Positions 1 through 9,993 of a DNA stretch of 61,692 bases are shown here, one piece after another. The stretch comes from Catajapyx aquilonaris (taxonomy: Eukaryota). Positions within the stretch are counted from its first letter, which is position 1. Every line of letters begins with the position of its first letter. The stretch is taken from positions 1-61,692 of the forward strand of contig JYFJ02002175.1 of NCBI GenBank assembly GCA_000934665.2, read 5' to 3'. Both the position numbers and the translations under genes were made by a program. The notes under the pieces were generated by a model. The model worked only from the letters and a program-made list of their open reading frames with translations, ran no database searches and was not told the origin of the DNA.

Positions 1-150
1 CCCCCCCCCCAATATTTTTATTTTAACCCTGTACTGCACACATTTAGGATTGTGGGAAGAAAAATTCTAGCGCCTTTTTCTCATCATATGCGACGTAAGG
101 ATGGTTTTTATTATGTTTTGGTCATCTATGACCCAATGACTTTGAAGTTA

Positions 151-520
151 CACCGGGTGAGTCAAAAGTCATGGCGAGTATTTTTTTTATTCAAAAATGG
201 TAACACATACAGAGATGACCTTTGCTAAGTTTTGAAGGTCCGGTGATTACAATTTCATCTGATAAATAGATGGCATCCATATCGCAAGGGGGTCCAGAAA
301 ACTAAAGGCGATCATAACCCCCACCCTTCCACCGTCTCATGCAGCTCGGGGTGGGGGGGTCACCATTCCCTTTCGTTTACCGGCTCCCCTTGAGATCTCG
401 GGGCCATCTATATTCCAGTCCGAATTGTAATCGCCGGGCCTTTAAAACGTAGTAACGGTCATATCTGTACATGTTTCCGTTTTTGAATAAAAATAGTACA
501 ATGACTTAGGACTCAAACCT
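151..520. mobile_element. Degenerate palindromic MITE (Tc1/mariner-like, TA-flanked left end)
   Basis: Left arm tgagtcaaaagtcat...tattcaaaaatgg...ccggtgattacaatt is mirrored by aattgtaatcgccgg...tttttgaataaaa...atgacttaggactca. Confidence 0.6.
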
Positions 521-1000
521 CAAGCAATATTGTGCCTGCGCCGCCAAAAAATTGGGATGAAATTGTGCTGGCAAAATTAGAATGGCTTCAAATGGCGACG
601 AGAGAGCTACTCTTGCAGTGTTACACATGCAATTGGATATTTAATATCTGCACCTATATCTAATCAGCTCCAGAAACAATTGCTGCTACAGCAAATTCAA
701 ATTTCGCGCCATTTTCAACGACCTTGGCTTCTCTCCGCTTCATACCATATCCCGATCGTAACATTGTCGACATTGCATGTCATCCAGCGGAAGCTAACAA
801 ACTAACGGTGACATCAAGACACACTGTGGTTTCCAGGACCAATGTTGAAGCTTATGGCGCCTGCGCAAATTAATTGTTGCCCTCAGGCAACAATGCCCGC
901 TACAGGGTTAAAAATAAAGCCATTTTTGCCATTTTGTCACACCCCTCAGTGATGACACTCGGGGCGGCCCGCACTCACCGCACCCCCCTTCCTACGCCTC

Positions 1001-1002
<2 letters not shown>

Positions 1003-1061
<59 letters not shown>
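1003..1061. repeat. (GA)n microsatellite
   Basis: Uninterrupted GA run; source of the spurious ERERER ORF 874..1170. Confidence 0.97.
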
Positions 1062-1063
<2 letters not shown>

Positions 1064-1160
1064 TAACCATTTTTGCCAAATTTGGCAACTGGCTACCTAG
1101 CAGGGGTTTAAAATTTGGACATTCTTTTTCGATGACACTTTATTGTTTTAACCCCTTCGC

Positions 1161-1861
1161 TATCAGCTAGGCCAAAAACGCCTAGATTTCAGCTTACGCC
1201 TACTCTGAAGATAAAGTGAAGATATTTTACAAAATAATAATAACTACTACATATACCCGTTCAGAGAAAACACTCTGAATGTGTTGCGAACCATTTTACT
1301 CCTGTAGAAGTCCCTAAATTAATGGCCAAAAAGACAGCCTTAAAAACTCGAAATTATAGTAGGCCTTGGCCTTACTACCTGCTAACTGTTAGGCTGATTT
1401 AATTATGAAATGCGCTAAAATATACGTACCGAACAACAACCTTGAGAACCGTGCCAGACGAATTTACTGAAATCGTCGTAATCAATTTGGGATTTTTCCG
1501 AAGTGTCAAAAAGCTCCAGAAATAAGGAGATTAATTTATTCATCGCAAAGAACGCCGATTTCAGCAAATTCGTCTGGCACGGTTCTCAAGGTTGTTGTTC
1601 CGTATATTTTAGCGTATTTCATAACTAAATCAGCCTAACAGTTGGCCGGTATGTAGTACTCTAATTTCGAGTTTTTACGGCGGTCTTCTTGGAAATTAAT
1701 TTAGGGACTTCTAGAGAGAGGAGTAAAATTATTGTCCTCACATTCATAGTGTTTTCCCTGAACTGGTAAATGTAGCTGTTATTATTTTTGTAAAATATCT
1801 TGTCTTTATCTTAATTCAGAGTAGGCATAAGCTGAAATCTAGGGGTTTTTGGTAGCTGGTA
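1161..1861. mobile_element. ~700-bp foldback/MITE with very long imperfect inverted arms
   Basis: cctagatttcagcttacgcctactctgaa mirrored by ttcagagtaggcataagctgaaatctagg; aacaacaaccttgagaaccgtgccagacgaattt mirrored by aaattcgtctggcacggttctcaaggttgttgtt. Confidence 0.85.
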
Positions 1862-2120
1862 GTAATACAAGAAGATGACCGTGTTGCTCAGTTGATTATA
1901 AGACTCTCACATTACAGCTCCATAATATATTATGTAGAGTGCATAACACCCCTTCCCCCCAGCCCCTTGCAGTGACTTGTTTTGTCAGTTAGAGTAATTA
2001 ATTTTTAGACGATAAATTTTACTGCGAAAAACAAGACTCGAAGATTATATCCTTTTGTTGGGACGAAATACATACAGTATATGCATATGCTAAAATTCTT
2101 TTTGCCTGTTAGGACAATAT

Positions 2121-2167
<47 letters not shown>

Positions 2168-2193
2168 CCCCATTAGCTGGCCTATTGGCCATT
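2121..2193 (-). mobile_element. Severely 5'-truncated non-LTR retroposon 3' end with (TAAA)n tail
   Basis: 15-bp direct repeat ctgttaggacaatat at 2106-2120 and 2194-2208 flanks a (TTAT)n run plus a short unique stub, the signature of target-primed reverse transcription. Confidence 0.75.
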
Positions 2194-2209
2194 CTGTTAG
2201 GACAATATA

Positions 2210-2307
2210 CAGGGTGTTCCGAGTTTGTGGGTCACTTCTTGATAACTGATATCGCCCGATAGTACAAGTAGTTATCAAGAAGTGACCCCCGAACTTGGAA
2301 CACCCTG
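2210..2307. mobile_element. Tc1/mariner-type MITE
   Basis: TA|CAGGGTGTTCC...GGAACACCCTG|TA termini; internal tcacttcttgataact/agttatcaagaagtga inverted repeat. Confidence 0.85.
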
Positions 2308-2612
2308 TATTATTTGCCATTTCAACCATCATCAAACAAGCTCTGGTCCAATCCCAAATTTTTGCCACTTCCTTTTGATCCGGATTATGTTTGAATTTCT
2401 TAAATAGCACTCACTCACACAGAACATATTTATCAAATGAAGATTCAAACCTAATAGGCTAATCACGCAGAATATCCTGCCATTTTTACTGCCATGTACA
2501 GTACATCATAATATACAGTGGTTATAATACATAATCATGTAAGTTATAGCGCAAATACAATGATCTCTTAAAATGAGCCAGAACTTTATCCTTATGGCTT
2601 CTATCCGTTATT

Positions 2613-3736
2613 TTAGTCCTTTTCTTTAAAGCAGGATTGAATATCTACGTAACACTTGCAGTCATCAGTTGCTTTCATTTTCGGCACTGAAAAAAAAACA
2701 TTCTATTACTTACATTCCATTCTGAACGAAAGGGAAAAATATTTTAAATTATACTTGCCCTTATCTTTGCAACAATTTATTGATTTATCTACAAAACTAG
2801 AGACAGTCTTGCAACTCTTCCTCATTCCCTCCAGTATAGCCATATCAGGTTTGCCATCTTTGCCAATCTGTCCTCAAAGAAATGAAAAATAATGATAGAA
2901 CACCAAATTATGTAAAAGATGGGTTTGGGTTCATTCTTGAATTTAAAGTTGAGGTATACCAGAGAGTAATTTACCAGCCTTCATGATAAATTGATTATTA
3001 TAGGCACGATTTTTGAGAACAAGGCGATCCAAATAGGCCATCATACTGTATGTAAAAATTATCGTATTATAATAAACACAGTATCGCGTCCCAAAATATG
3101 AAGACACTCAGGATGAGGATAGAAAGATAAATAAACAAAATAAATAAATATTGCAGTGGGCTACATGTATAGGCCCTAATGGCTATCTATAATATTGATA
3201 AGCTGAATTTTTTGACAAGTTTTTAAAATACGGATACAACGTACAGCTATGGTAACGATTTTATGATATGCGCTGTTTTCAAGTGCGTAGTATGAAATCA
3301 TAGACTTATTACTCTCAGTTATACCTAATTTCCTAAATCTCACTTACCGCTTTCAGCTTCTTAAATAAGCATGGTATCCTGCACTGTAAATAACAAAGAA
3401 GTGTCAGTAAATTGGATACGGCATGATAGGTTATTTTGGGATTACATTGGAAAATATTGTGTTATAAAATATTGACACTGTGGTATACCAGAGGGTCTTT
3501 GCTGTTCGCTTTGTCATTCTTGCATTCTTCGTAGGTAGACTCATATTTGTCAAGAGCACACTGAAACAAATAAATATTGCCGACATAATTATGCATGACA
3601 GCAGGTATGATCCAATGAACTATTTTATGATAATTATAATATACCAATGAAGAATGTACAATACCTGGCTTGATGTCTCTTGAACAAAAATGGCACTGGC
3701 TAAGAATATCAGCAGAATTCCGTGGACCGACTTCAT
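2613..3736 (-). CDS. Secreted Cys-rich odorant-binding-protein (PBP/GOBP)-like protein, copy A, 120 aa, 5 exons
   Basis: Exons 3736-3665 (signal peptide MKSVHGILLIFLASAIFVQETSSQ), 3560-3489 (CALDKYESTYEECKNDKANSKDPL), 3383-3348 (CRIPCLFKKLKA), 2867-2759 (IGKDGKPDMAILEGMRKSCKTVSSFVDKSINCCKDK), 2686-2613 (VPKMKATDDCKCYVDIQSCFKEKD*). All acceptors AG; donors GT, GT, GT, GC. C-X3-C-LF-K-L...G-K-P-D and C-X8-C are OBP hallmarks. Exon structure matches copy B. The gene model is firmer than the family call. Confidence 0.8.
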
Positions 3737-5992
3737 AATGAACATCTGCCTCACAGCTATACCTGTTGTGTTAATGATTTTTGTCGCTTCGCTTGTTTTA
3801 TGGGACTCTCGACACGACACATACGTTGACATTATAAATATCAAATACTTGGGAAATCCCGTCACATGTCCGACGCAGCACATCTTTGTACCGCCACATT
3901 TTTAGTTGCATGTACGCACGCAAATTACAATATGAAACCTTGACAATTCAGGATTCGCAGCAATTGCATGTCACTCATGGTATTCAGACTTTTTGATATC
4001 AACTAATTAAAGATTGTGACTTACACTAATAATATGTTGCAAGTCAGCATGGGATGTCCAAAGAGTGTCTCATATAGTCAGACGTCTCTTACAACTACTG
4101 TTGTGTATATACCTACTAGATTGTATGCTCAGAAATTCTTCATTTCAATGGCAAAAAATTCTATCACTGCTACTAAATTTTGCAAGTCACGCTGTGACAT
4201 TGTTGATGCGTGGATGGAAACGTGCTGTCATAATCATTTTATGTAACTGATGTTGCATCAGTTTTCTATGAAGTCTAATGAACTGCTTCTGGAAGGATCG
4301 AATATTAATAAGTTTTGTGTCAAAAGCTTGCATATAATAAAGCAGTTGTGACGTTTACATAGGCGACCTTATTACGGCTCAAAAAACGATCAATTCTAAG
4401 ACTATTATTACAACTCGAGCTTTGAAGAAGGCCTACTTTTTAGCCAGGTACTACAACTAAAAATATCTCTCTCATGCAGAAGTTATCTAAAGCATTTTTC
4501 AGAGTATATGGTGCAGTGTAAACTTTCGATGCCCATCGTCATGCAGGTCTTGGCGTCTCGGAAAATTAGTTACAATGTATAATCGCAATCTGCTCCTATA
4601 CTGGATTTACCTTTGACACTAAGGTGGAAAGAAAGTACCGGTACCATAACTGTCAATTATGAGGTTATTACAGAAGAAACAGATCGTTCAGTAACATTCG
4701 AAACATTTGATTTATCTCTTCAATGAGTTGTCAATTTCACAGCCTTCAATTTATATTGAGTGAAGAATACAATCAGATTATTTTAATAGGTTACTGTTTC
4801 CGAAGCACGGGTAAAAGCACTGGAAATTGGTAAATCGGTTTGTATGAATAATTGCACTTTTCCGTCGCATGTTTTTTCCTAATTAATCTGAACAATAACC
4901 TCTGTATAGATACGAAAGCTACACTGGATGTACTGTACGTATATTTCTACGTGGCAAGCAACATCAAAATCCCTACAATATTACGCTCATGTTCTTATTT
5001 CCAACTTGGAAAATAATGTGCTGACCGATTTGACAATCCAGCCATTTTCATGGCAACCATCAACCTGATAGAAAAATCACTCTCTACAAAAATTGTAGAA
5101 CATGACTCGTAGAAATTATTGTGTGGAGGAAAATAATTGCGAAAAGGGAAATGGTACCGAAGTAATATTAGCACTGACAAGTGAGTGACAGCCAACTTGA
5201 GTCGTTCGTAGAAGATTAGACTATAATGATGAAAACAAGTCATGAGTGAGAGACCGAAATGAAGTTTATATGGTTTTTGGACTATTTTCAAGCTAGTATA
5301 GTAGTAATTACTTTCCAAAAGTACATACTTATGCAAAAATTTAAGTTGATATCTCTGGACTGATTTGTCAAACAAAATTATTTTTCCTTATTAATTGGTA
5401 AGGTAGTATAAAGGTGTGAAATACGTGTTCCCTGTGATGTTATTATATACAGAAATAAAATGACATTCTTCTTGCGTTATCCGCATATCACAAAATAATT
5501 ATGCTTGCAAAACGTGTAATAAAGAAATCTATTGATCTAGAGGTAATATGCCTAATATTAAAGGCAATATTAAGGCAATAAATATTCAACTTCTTTAGTC
5601 ATTTACATTGATTCAAAAGAAAATTAATTGTGTCTCATTGTTTCGGAGATATGGCTTATTCGAATCAATCATAAGCATTTTGCATTATTGCCTCTATATT
5701 GGAACTAATTGGGAAAGTTGGAGGTATAATCACTCAGAAACATCGAAAATGTGTGACTAGCAATAATCAAGTAGGATACTTGAAGAATGGCTTCTAACAG
5801 GGTACCTTTTGTGGCGATTCGATTCAAATAATTAAAAACATTTTTATTACTGCATATAGTTTTATTACGTATAGATACAGTTTTCAATATAGCCTGCTGA
5901 AAGAATGTGCTCATCCGACATAACGAGTGAAATTGAATTATTACATAGACGGGAGTAATTTTTACTGAACTGGATTCTGTATAATATTATGA

Positions 5993-6686
5993 TTATTTCT
6001 TTTCTTTGGGAATACAGTCGTAAATAGGGTCGTAACCACTGCAGTCTCCACTACTGGTTGTAACTTTAGGCACTGAAAAAATACACGAAAAACCTCAGCA
6101 GTTACGTTACCTCTTCAATTGAAGCTATAATAATATTCTGTCAAGAGTATGTACAGTAGCCTACCATTTTCTCTCCAGCACTCGATCATAGCCTTGGTGT
6201 CGTCATCAAGCGATCCAGAGTCTGAGTTACAGTTCTCGATCAGTTGCTCGAGTTTAGCCATATCAGGTTTCCCATTTCTTGCCATCTACACATTTTGAAA
6301 ATGATTTAAATTAATTATTACACTACATGATTGCTAGATAGAGTACAATCTGTGTTATGTGTGAACACTCACTACTCCAAGTTTCTCAAAGAGGCAAGGC
6401 ATCACACACTGGGAAAAAATTACGAATGTGTTACTATTACCACCGGACCATTGCACTGCGAAAAATATTGTCACCTTAGCTTTCTCCGGACTTGAATTGT
6501 GCCTGCTGCATTCATTTACAAAGTCTTCCATATCATGTTCGCTTGGACACTCCTGCTGTAAACGATCATTATATCTACATTTGTAGAAAATACAACAGCT
6601 ATGATTATTCGTGTTTTTCTTACCTCTCCTCGAACGTGGTGACTAACACAGATGCAGATCAATGTCAGGATGCTCAGAAGCTTCAT
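5993..6686 (-). CDS. Secreted Cys-rich odorant-binding-protein (PBP/GOBP)-like protein, copy B, 125-126 aa, 5 exons
   Basis: Exons 6686-6624 (MKLLSILTLICICVSHHVRGE), 6555 or 6552-6475 ((Q)ECPSEHDMEDFVNECSRHNSSPEKAK), 6408-6373 (CVMPCLFEKLGV), 6285-6165 (MARNGKPDMAKLEQLIENCNSDSGSLDDDTKAMIECWREN), 6072-5993 (VPKVTTSSGDCSGYDPIYDCIPKEKK*). All introns GT-AG, phases 0,0,0,1 as in copy A. Confidence 0.82.
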
Positions 6687-6740
6687 GATGAAATCCGCAA
6701 ATTCACTGCTCTTAATAAGAACCACGCCACAAATCCAGCC

Positions 6741-6746
6741 TTTATA
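6741..6746 (-). promoter_or_regulatory. TATA box of OBP-like gene B
   Basis: TATAAA on the minus strand about 55 nt upstream of the ATG at 6686; copy A has a CATAAAA near 3796-3802 at similar spacing. Confidence 0.55.
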
Positions 6747-7698
6747 TTGTAATTCTTGTGACGTCTGTCCTTGAACGTGAACGGTAGTTAGATTGCAGTG
6801 GATTCAAAATCTGTCTTGCCAAGAAGTGAGGCACAATCAGAGAGTCCAACTGTTATTGTCAACTTGTCTGACCTTGTAAACATCCCATGGAAATTGCTTC
6901 TATTTGTAGTTGACTATTACTGCATCATTGCCGTGGGTTAAAAAAAACATGAATGTTCTATTCTGTCTCAATTCATACTGTACACGAAGCTCATTATTTG
7001 CATCGTCATCGTGATCTGACTTCAACTATAATTGACATTAAGAAAAACACCCAAAGAAACTTCACAGATACGTTTTAAATATTTTAAATAAAATGCAAAA
7101 CAGAAACGTATATACAGTAGGCCTACTCCTCCCCAATATAACACTACCTTAGACACTGTTAAAATAGCTGCCCTCATTGTTGCAGAAGCAGGGGCAGAGC
7201 CAGACTTTAGATTGGGAGGGGGGGGGGGNGGGGGTCATGCCGTCATGTTCCTGTCGGACCGTTCTGTACCATACCGCAGACGTGGTGGCGTTTGCGAGGT
7301 GGGGCGGGGAGCAAGAGCGCCGTAGGCGAATTTTTTTTGGGGGGTTCAAGGTCACACGAGCTTAGGTGAATGTGGGAGATTTGAATAGGTGTGTACAGTA
7401 TTTGATGAAATTGGTAGCACTTTTTCCAAAAAAAAATCATCCTAATTTGCAGATTAAAATTTAGAAAATATTTCACTTCCCACGGTTTGGGGGAGGGGGG
7501 GTCATGACCCCCGTGACCCCCCCTGTGCAGAAGTGCGCGGTTGAGGTCAAGAAAGCATGCAGGCTACAACTTAAATAAATTAACACACTACGACAATATT
7601 TATGGAAATAAAATTTAATAAATAAACTTGGTTGCCAATTTGTATGCACAGCACAAATGGAAGGGGAAAATCACCACCTGCGGAATGTCACAGTTAAA

Positions 7699-7708
7699 GC
7701 GCGCCAAA
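7699..7708 (-). promoter_or_regulatory. E2F-type site upstream of Cks
   Basis: TTTGGCGCGC on the minus strand matches E2F consensus TTTSSCGC, about 550 bp upstream of a cell-cycle gene. Confidence 0.35.
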
Positions 7709-8253
7709 GGCCAAACGACACCCCAGATTTGAGCGGGAATCTTCATGGGGCTAAAATCGCTGCTATCTCTAGTAAAAACCTGCTATCTGAAGCAATAATA
7801 GCTATAGCAGATAGCAGATATATTCTACAACAGCAGTTATAAATATTAGACACTTATTGCTCTCATATGCGAATAAGGCGAGCAATACAGGTAAGATAAT
7901 GTGCTGAAACCTAAACCAACCAAACAGTGATTACGCATTGCTCATACCGTAATTATAAATTGCATATTTGACTAACTGTTAACAATGGTTACTTATTAGC
8001 TATTAATGTTACTTGATGACATTTGCTGTAATAACTGTTACGTTATGGGGGTCTCTTCGCCATCTTTTTCTGAAAGGCTTGGTAGGTGGTGGTCAGTGGT
8101 CGTCTTTTCCGCGTTTGTCTAATTTTGGTAGCCGTTTCAGTCGCCCCCTTTTTTTTTTACGTCCAACCTGTATTCCCTGCCTCATCAGACGTTGTTCATA
8201 ATCAGCCAGTTGGTGTGGCTTTTTCGACTGCGGGTCCGTTGTTTCTACTAACC

Positions 8254-8501
8254 ATGCCTGCTGATCAGATTCAATATTCTGAGAAGTACTCAGACGGGCA
8301 GTACGACTACCGGTAGGAATAGTGGAGTGTGGTGCATTAGAAAGATAGGTTTTGACACTATGTGTTCTTACAGGCATGTTATCCTGCCTCCCGACATTGC
8401 TAAGCTGGTACCCAAAGCACACATGATGACCGAGACTGAGTGGAGGAACATTGGTGTGCAGCAGAGTCCGGGCTGGGTGAACTTCATGGTTCACAACCCG
8501 G
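8254..8501 (+). CDS. Cks1: Cyclin-dependent kinase regulatory subunit (Cks1/Suc1 family), coding exons 1-2
   Basis: Exon 1 8254-8312 [20 protein letters not shown], 61-nt GT-AG intron, exon 2 8374-8501 [42 protein letters not shown]; diagnostic YSxKY, YRHVxLP and EWRxxGVQQSxGW motifs; accATG context. Confidence 0.97.
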
Positions 8502-8614
8502 GTAAGCATATTGTGTTGGACTGTAGTGCAAACCAGTTGTGCCAGTGGGGAACTTTTACAACATTTGAAGTCCTATTCTAGGTATATTTTTTACCAATAT
8601 TTTGACTGGCTTCG

Positions 8615-9078
8615 CAATATGTAATATGTGAGGTCCCGGCTGGTTCGCCAGCGACGGTACTCTCTTCCTCGAGCGGTCCTCGGACCCGACTCGCATTTCT
8701 TGGTTGGACGGGGTGCTTGGGAGAATATCCCACCCCCGTCCCTGGGTTGGACCCGGCATTGCAGTACAGCTGGGGCCAGCCCTCCTCTCCCCTACCCTTC
8801 TCACCCACCCCTTGCAATCCCACACCTTCCTCTCCTACCCCCGGCTGCCAAGGCTCGACTCAGACAGAGCCATACAAGCTGGGTAAAGGCGGCTACACAC
8901 GGGCAGGTTGCATCCGCAGTTGGAGTCGGAGTTGGACTCTACCCGCCAATGAGCACGAGGCGGCAGCTGTCGCGAGAGCTGCCGCCTCGCTCTCATTGGC
9001 GGGTGGAGTCCAACTCCGACTCCAACTGCGGATGCAACCTGCCCGTGTGTAGCCGCCTTAACCCTTCCAAACCAACCA
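8615..9078 (+). mobile_element. GC-rich SINE-like or truncated non-LTR retroposon with (CCAA)n tail
   Basis: 10-bp direct repeat actggcttcg at 8605-8614 and 9079-9088; ends ccaaaccaacca; 3' stem-loop ggctc..gagcc; interrupted by a Harbinger MITE. Confidence 0.6.
8887..9058. mobile_element. PIF/Harbinger (Tourist-like) MITE, near-perfect 172-bp palindrome
   Basis: TAA|AGGCGGCTACACACGGGCAGG...CCTGCCCGTGTGTAGCCGCCT|TAA with 3-bp TAA TSD. Confidence 0.9.
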
Positions 9079-9503
9079 ACTGGCTTCGAAGTCTTGTTCA
9101 GCTTAAGGGGTGGTTTGGTGGTCCAGGGGGGCTTCAAGGTGTTCAGGTACGCATTTTGAGGAGATTTGGAGCTTCTCCGCAGGTGCATGGGGCATTTGGT
9201 TCACCAGGTTGCATATTTTGAATGTCGACCCCATTCTGTTCAACTCAAAGGGTAAATTATTGAGCAGTTGAGCGTACAAAGGACTTGTAAAAAGCCAGAC
9301 TTGTCGGATTGGCACCTTGTACCGTACAACGGACTTGACGAGTGATTTACCCCTTGGTCAACTAATTCCATTATTGGGGATTGGGCTCAGTTACTTTTGC
9401 TCACCAAAAGGACCCATACGGTTCCCATCACATAGGGATCAGACTCAATGGGGACAGCAAAAACTAGACTGAATATGAATTTATATAGCCTGCAGTGAGT
9501 ATA

Positions 9504-9714
9504 CAGGGTGTTTCAACTTTTTTGTCCAAACAGTTATCAGAAATATTCCACTAAGCTGCTACTTTGTAAGCAGTGTATGCCACTTCAACCTAAGATTCGC
9601 AGGGAATATTCCCCATTCCTCCGACAAACCGATTGCAAGTCACTGCCTACAAAGTAGCAGCTAATAGTGCAATATTTCCGATAACTGTTCGGGCAAAAAA
9701 GTTGAAACACCCTG
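9504..9714. mobile_element. Tc1/mariner-type MITE (family with a second copy at 51467-51669)
   Basis: TA|CAGGGTGTTTCAACTTTTTTGTCC...AAAAAAGTTGAAACACCCTG|TA. Confidence 0.9.
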
Positions 9715-9993
9715 TATAAATTTTGGTGGGGAAAAAGAATTTGCCTTGCTCAAAGAGAATATTTTTAATTTCCGCCAAACATTAGTAGGCCTACAGTGAA
9801 ACCTGTGTATTGCGGAATCGCATGGGACCCAAAAAAAATTCTGTTATGGATAGGTTTCCGTTATATTCAGATCAAGGATGTTACTGATATTTTTTGCCAA
9901 TGAGACAGAAAGGAAAATGGGACAGCAAAAAAAAGCACCTTACCCCAATTTGTCACCTTACCCCAATATGGTGCAAAATCAGTCCATACAGTA

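Noticed and set aside
874..1170. ORF with poly-ER
   Set aside because: Product of the (GA)n microsatellite
4483..4556. Minus-strand Cys-containing frame (AKTCMTMGIESLHCTIYSEKCFR*) as a possible last exon of OBP-like B
   Set aside because: Weak acceptor and C-X9-C spacing; the exon at 6072-5993 is clearly homologous to copy A's last exon
8165..8195. CTGATGAG on the minus strand as a hammerhead ribozyme core (also near 47673 and 60116)
   Set aside because: No stem II followed by GAAA and no flanking helices
8628..9221. 197-aa ORF and its antisense mirror ORF
   Set aside because: Arise from a GC-rich palindromic MITE and retroposon; both strands give near-identical peptides
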